Source of the DNA: an uncultured Mycolicibacterium sp.
Lineage (GTDB): Bacteria > Actinomycetota > Actinomycetes > Mycobacteriales > Mycobacteriaceae
Length of the DNA stretch: 56,164 nucleotides
Direction: 5' to 3'
NCBI GenBank assembly: GCA_945957405.1
Contig: CAMFLL010000001.1
Coordinates: forward strand, 1-56,164
Shown here: piece by piece, positions 51,970 to 56,164 of the stretch
Layout of the letters: each line of letters opens with the position of its first letter
Position numbering within the stretch: the stretch's first letter is position 1
Made by a program: the position numbers and the translations under genes
The notes under the pieces: generated by a model
Database searches by the model: none
What the model saw: only the letters and a program-made list of their open reading frames with translations
Told to the model about the DNA's origin: nothing

Positions 51970-53124
51970 ATGACCACGACACCCGACAATCCCGTCCCCA
52001 CCATCCGCGGTGAGGAAGGTGCCACGGTGCTCGGCCCCGACAATGTGCCGGTCGGACTGCAGAACCCGGGTGCCCCCGACACCGACGCGGGCAGCCTGCC
52101 CAACTTGAAGTGGTCGTTCGCCGCATCCCACAACCGGCTGTTGAACGGCGGATGGGCACGCGAGACAACGGTGCGCGAGCTGCCGGTGGCCACTACGCTG
52201 GCCGGGGTCAACATGCGGTTGAAGGCCGGCGCGTATCGCGAGTTGCACTGGCACCGCGAAGCCGAATGGGCGTTCATGCTCGCTGGCAGCGCCCGCATCG
52301 CGGCGATCGACCCCGATGGCCGCAACTTCATCGACGACATCGGCCGCGGCGACCTGTGGAACTTCCGTGCCGGGTTCCCGCACTCCATTCAAGCCCTGGA
52401 GGACTGCGAATTCCTGCTGGTCTTCGATGACGGCAACTTCTCGGAGAACGAGACCTTCCTGGTCACCGACTGGTTCGCCCACACCCCCAAGCACATCCTG
52501 GCCAAGAATTTCGCTGTCCCCGAGTCGGCGTTCGACGACATCCCCTCGGCCGGCGAGATCGACCGCACCCGGTACATCTTCCCCGGCGACGTGCCCGGCG
52601 CACTGGTCGACGATATCGCCGCCGTGCAATCCCCGGCCGGCACCGCCGAGCGCATGAGTCACCGCATGCTGGCCCAGGATCCCATCGAGGTCCCCGGCGG
52701 CAGCGTGCGCATCACCGATTCCCGCAACTTTCCGTCGGCGTCGACCATCGCCGCGGCCTACGTCGAGCTGGCTCCTGGCGCGGTGCGGGAGATGCACTGG
52801 CACCCCGATCACGACGAATGGCAGTACTGGATATCCGGCCACGCGCGGATGACGGTCTTCGGATCCAGCGGCAAGGCAAGGACATTCGACTACTACGGCG
52901 GCGACGTGGGCTACGTGCCCAGCGCCATGGGCCACTACTTCGAGAATGTCGGTGACGATCCAGTGGTGATGCTCGAACTGTTCCGCAGCGACCACTTCGC
53001 CGACGTGTCGGCCAACCAGTGGTTGGGTCTGACGCCGGCCGCGGTGGTCGGCGCCACACTCAACCTCAGCCCTGCCACCGTGGCGGCCTTGCGCAAGGAC
53101 AAGCCCCTGATCATGCCGGGGTGA
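51970..53124 (+). CDS. oxdC: Oxalate decarboxylase family bicupin
   Basis: GGWARE, RELHWH..AEW, PHSIQ, lid FSENETF (Glu kept), second cupin REMHWHP..DEWQY, GHYFEN. Confidence 0.88.
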   Translation: MTTTPDNPVPTIRGEEGATVLGPDNVPVGLQNPGAPDTDAGSLPNLKWSFAASHNRLLNGGWARETTVRELPVATTLAGVNMRLKAGAYRELHWHREAEWAFMLAGSARIAAIDPDGRNFIDDIGRGDLWNFRAGFPHSIQALEDCEFLLVFDDGNFSENETFLVTDWFAHTPKHILAKNFAVPESAFDDIPSAGEIDRTRYIFPGDVPGALVDDIAAVQSPAGTAERMSHRMLAQDPIEVPGGSVRITDSRNFPSASTIAAAYVELAPGAVREMHWHPDHDEWQYWISGHARMTVFGSSGKARTFDYYGGDVGYVPSAMGHYFENVGDDPVVMLELFRSDHFADVSANQWLGLTPAAVVGATLNLSPATVAALRKDKPLIMPG

Positions 53125-53176
53125 TCCCGTTATAAGCCTCTCGCCAGCCTCTGGGGCCCGGTCGTAAACTTGGCCG

Positions 53177-53542
53177 GTGATTCACCATGTGCAGGTGGCC
53201 TGCCCCGAGGGCGGCGAAGCGGCCGAACGTGCTTTCTACGGTGACGCGTTGGGCTGGGTCGAGTTGGAGAAACCCCCGATCCTGCAGCGACGCGGCGGGT
53301 GCTGGTTCAGGGTTCCCGGTCGAGGCGGCCCCGACGGCGAGTTGCATGTCGGCGTCGAGGATGACTTCCGGCCGGCGCTGAAGGCGCATCCGGCGATCGT
53401 CGTCGACGTCGACGCGACCGCCGCCAAGTTGCAGGCCGGCGGGTATCCCGTCGACTGGGCGGATGAGGCGGAGATCCCCGGTCGCCGCAGATTCCACTCC
53501 CGAGACGGCGTGGGCAATCGAATCGAGTTCCTCGACGGCTGA
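53177..53542 (+). CDS. VOC / glyoxalase family protein
   Basis: IHHVQV, AFYG..LG..E..KP, GGCWF, KAHPA, DGVGNRIE motifs. Confidence 0.87.
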   Translation: MIHHVQVACPEGGEAAERAFYGDALGWVELEKPPILQRRGGCWFRVPGRGGPDGELHVGVEDDFRPALKAHPAIVVDVDATAAKLQAGGYPVDWADEAEIPGRRRFHSRDGVGNRIEFLDG

Positions 53543-53652
53543 TGGAGTCAGCGGTGAATCGCGCGGTGTATTGCCGGTTCCTGTCTCGGATCTCGGACAG
53601 TTCCGCCGATTCGCCCGTTCCGCGCCTGACCACGGCGCGGTCAAATTGAGTG

Positions 53653-54264
53653 ATGACCGCCGTCGCTCATTCGAACCTCGTCCGATTCCGCGACTGCACA
53701 CCCCAACCATGGGCCAACGGCAACGGCGTCACCCGCGAACTGGCCGCAGGCCAAGACCATGATCGCGACAGTGGCTTCGCCTGGCGGCTCAGCGTGGCTG
53801 ATGTGCAGAGCGGCCCGTTTTCGGCTCTGCCAGGCGTGGACCGGGTGTTCACTCTGGCCGCCGGTCCCACCATCACGCTGGCCATCGACGGCAACGAGGT
53901 GACGGCGGATCCGTTCCGCCCGGTGCGGTTCCCGGGTGAATCACGAGTCGAATGCACTACACCCGAACCGACGCGCGCCGTCAACGTGATGGCCCGACGC
54001 GGCCGATTCTCCGCCGACGTCAGCGTCCGGATCGGCACCGGGCAGGTTGCGGCCCCCCTTGAACGTGTGACCTATCTGGTTGCCCTGGCTGGAACGGCGA
54101 CCATCCGCCCAGCCCGCGGCAGCACAGAGACTCTTGATCTGTTCGATGCCGTCCGGTTGCGAAATACAGTCGAGGTCTCGACGTCCAGCGGCGGTCGCGT
54201 TGCGGTCGTGCGGCTTACGCCGACCTATCGCTCGGCCTTGGGCGCCGATTCCGGTTCGAGGTGA
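53653..54264 (+). CDS. HutD/Ves family protein
   Basis: PWANGNGVTRE, FAWRLSVA, GPFS.LPGVDR, F.GE, NVM motifs. Confidence 0.88.
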   Translation: MTAVAHSNLVRFRDCTPQPWANGNGVTRELAAGQDHDRDSGFAWRLSVADVQSGPFSALPGVDRVFTLAAGPTITLAIDGNEVTADPFRPVRFPGESRVECTTPEPTRAVNVMARRGRFSADVSVRIGTGQVAAPLERVTYLVALAGTATIRPARGSTETLDLFDAVRLRNTVEVSTSSGGRVAVVRLTPTYRSALGADSGSR

Positions 54265-55757
54265 ACCGTCGTCGCCTGATCGCCCGCCAAGCCCTCATCC
54301 TGCAGTAGCAGCATCCCGGCCCGCCGTGTCGCGTCAGCACGCACAATCACCCAGACGACACCCGCGATGAGCCACAGCGCCGTGATCGCCGGCGCCCACA
54401 ACCCCGCTCCGGTGGGCAACGGCACTACATTCCGGAAGAGCGTGTAACCCAGGACAGCCAGCCCTGCGACGGGAATGACCACCTCGTGGACCTTCACTCC
54501 CCCGTCCCGATAAGCCATGACGATCACGCCGAGAGTCGCCAGCACGTAGACGACGAGGAGGATCAAAGTGCCTGCCGTACCGGCGATTGCGAAGATCGCC
54601 AGGGTCGGCGGGGCGTCCGCGAAACCGGTCGCCGCCTGCCAACTGGCCAGTGTGCCGCCGCGCAGCACCGCGAACGCCGCCACCAGGATCACGAGCATGG
54701 AACCCGCCACCGCCATGGTCGCGTGCGTCGGCGTGCCGCGCTTACCGTGCACCGTGCCGAACACGCCGAACGTCACCCCGTCACGTCCCAGTGCGTAGAC
54801 CAGCCTTGAGGCGCCGACACAGCAGGCCAACATGCATCCCAACGCCGAAACGGCCGCTCCCGCGGAGATCAGCTCACCGACCCACGAAGCCACATAACGT
54901 GATCCGAGTTCACCGACCAGCGCGTTGGATGCCGAGAATTCGGTCAACCCGTTTTCATCGGTCCCGAAGCCCATCACGGTGAACGCCGTGACGAACACGA
55001 AATAGACGCCGCCGAACACCGTCACACCGAGAATCGCGCGTGGAATGTCCCGGCGCGGATTGCGCGTCTCTTCACCCAGAGTGCTTGCTGCCTCGAACCC
55101 GGCGAACGACAAGAACCCGAACACCACACCGAGGAACAGGCTGGACAGGTCGCCGCCGTCGCCGACGGAGAACACCGACATGTCCAGACCGAGACCACCG
55201 GGGCCGCTGTGACCGGCCAGTTTCACGACCACGACGGCCCCCACCAACAAGATCAGCCCAACCGTGATGGTCTCGATGACCAGCAGCACCCTGGTGCCCC
55301 GGCGCGCGGGCCACAACGCGAGGATGAGCATGGGAATCAACCCGACCAGTGCGATTCCGAACGCAACCCCGTCCTGTGGTGGCCCGCCCACGACAACGGC
55401 AATCAGGCTGGCGCTGAACCGTCCGAACGCCAGTGCGGTGACCACGCCGAAGAACACGTAGGTCCCGACCAACCCCCAGCCCGCAATCACGCCCGCCCGC
55501 GGGCCGAGGGTGGCTCCGACGAACCCGTACACGCTGCCGGCGTGACGGAATCGTGCCGTCAGGCGCACGAAGGTGTACGCCACGATGAGGACGCCGACGG
55601 TGGCGAGGATGAAGGCCAGCGGGATGGCACGCCCCACGCTGGCCACCATCCCCTGTGGATTGATGTTGACGGCCATCGACGGCGCCATCAGTGCCAGCGA
55701 CAGTCCGATGGCTTCCCAGATGTTGAGTTCGCGGCGGAGTTTCGGATTCTCGGACAT
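54225..55757 (-). CDS. APC family amino acid permease
   Basis: LRREL, MAPSMA, AGSVY, FAGFE...LGEETRNPRRDIPRAI, SRLVYALGRDG motifs. Confidence 0.92.
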   Translation of the reverse strand: MSENPKLRRELNIWEAIGLSLALMAPSMAVNINPQGMVASVGRAIPLAFILATVGVLIVAYTFVRLTARFRHAGSVYGFVGATLGPRAGVIAGWGLVGTYVFFGVVTALAFGRFSASLIAVVVGGPPQDGVAFGIALVGLIPMLILALWPARRGTRVLLVIETITVGLILLVGAVVVVKLAGHSGPGGLGLDMSVFSVGDGGDLSSLFLGVVFGFLSFAGFEAASTLGEETRNPRRDIPRAILGVTVFGGVYFVFVTAFTVMGFGTDENGLTEFSASNALVGELGSRYVASWVGELISAGAAVSALGCMLACCVGASRLVYALGRDGVTFGVFGTVHGKRGTPTHATMAVAGSMLVILVAAFAVLRGGTLASWQAATGFADAPPTLAIFAIAGTAGTLILLVVYVLATLGVIVMAYRDGGVKVHEVVIPVAGLAVLGYTLFRNVVPLPTGAGLWAPAITALWLIAGVVWVIVRADATRRAGMLLLQDEGLAGDQATTVHLEPESAPKAER

Positions 55758-55773
55758 GTTTCTCCCGTTCGAT

Positions 55774-56164
55774 TCAAGAGAGGGCGCACTGCGAAAATTG
55801 TTCGGCGCGAACAATGTTGGGACCGTGCATGATCAGCGCGGCCAGCACCCCGGCACGGGGTGCGAAACTCGAAACCAGACCGTATTCATCAGGCGTGTGG
55901 TCGCGGCCGCCCACGGGACCAAGCCCATCGAGCACCGCACAGCCGACCGCGGCCGCCCAGCAGGCGTCGGATGATCCGCCGGCTGTCTGCTCGCCGAATT
56001 CGTGATTCAGGTCGCCTCCGACACCGGCACCGAACCGGGCCAGTGCGGCAACGGCGGGTGTGCGTTCCATGGCCGGGGTCCGGGACAGCGTTTCACACCT
56101 GAGGGTGACGGGATCCGCTACGACGTCGAAGATCTCGCCGACGACGTCGTCCATGTCCTTCTCG
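55774..56164 (-). CDS. M20 family peptidase (carboxypeptidase G2-like), C-terminal part only
   Basis: GGSSDA, LDGLGPVGG..HTPDE motifs; gene begins outside the window. Confidence 0.75.
   Translation of the reverse strand, partial: EKDMDDVVGEIFDVVADPVTLRCETLSRTPAMERTPAVAALARFGAGVGGDLNHEFGEQTAGGSSDACWAAAVGCAVLDGLGPVGGRDHTPDEYGLVSSFAPRAGVLAALIMHGPNIVRAEQFSQCALS

Noticed and set aside
51190-52995. 601-aa minus-strand ORF
   Set aside because: Antisense to the hypothetical gene and oxdC; no motifs.

Overview
High-GC actinobacterial DNA; gene content and style suggest Mycobacterium/Mycolicibacterium (inference). It is densely coding, with no rRNA, tRNA, CRISPR or transposase recognised. Left to right: (1) a minus-strand biosynthetic cluster (PaaK-like ligase, papB/papA/papC-type 4-aminophenylpyruvate genes, alpha-oxoamine synthase, acyl-CoA ligase, MFS exporter); (2) a ROK regulator with zwf-edd-eda; (3) an NTF2-like gene and ddaH, then a FUSC gene bracketed by a degenerate duplicate of the ddaH 3' end; (4) a ~20 kb catabolic island of two convergent paralogous modules, each with a MerR-XRE-cupin regulator, NCS1 permease, cyclase, Rid protein and M20 hydrolase. 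One module carries a divergent soluble di-iron monooxygenase (alpha, gamma-beta fusion, coupling protein) wired to a NuoE/NuoF-like diaphorase instead of any canonical SDIMO reductase; the other carries a two-component flavin monooxygenase; (5) a LuxR-AAA regulator, 2-keto-acid decarboxylase, malonate decarboxylase operon, CynX-FadR pair, quinone reductase, oxalate decarboxylase, HutD, APC permease and a partial M20 peptidase. The strongest candidate for an undescribed system is the SDIMO-NuoEF operon in its twin-module context. All family calls rest on motifs read by eye; no database search was run.
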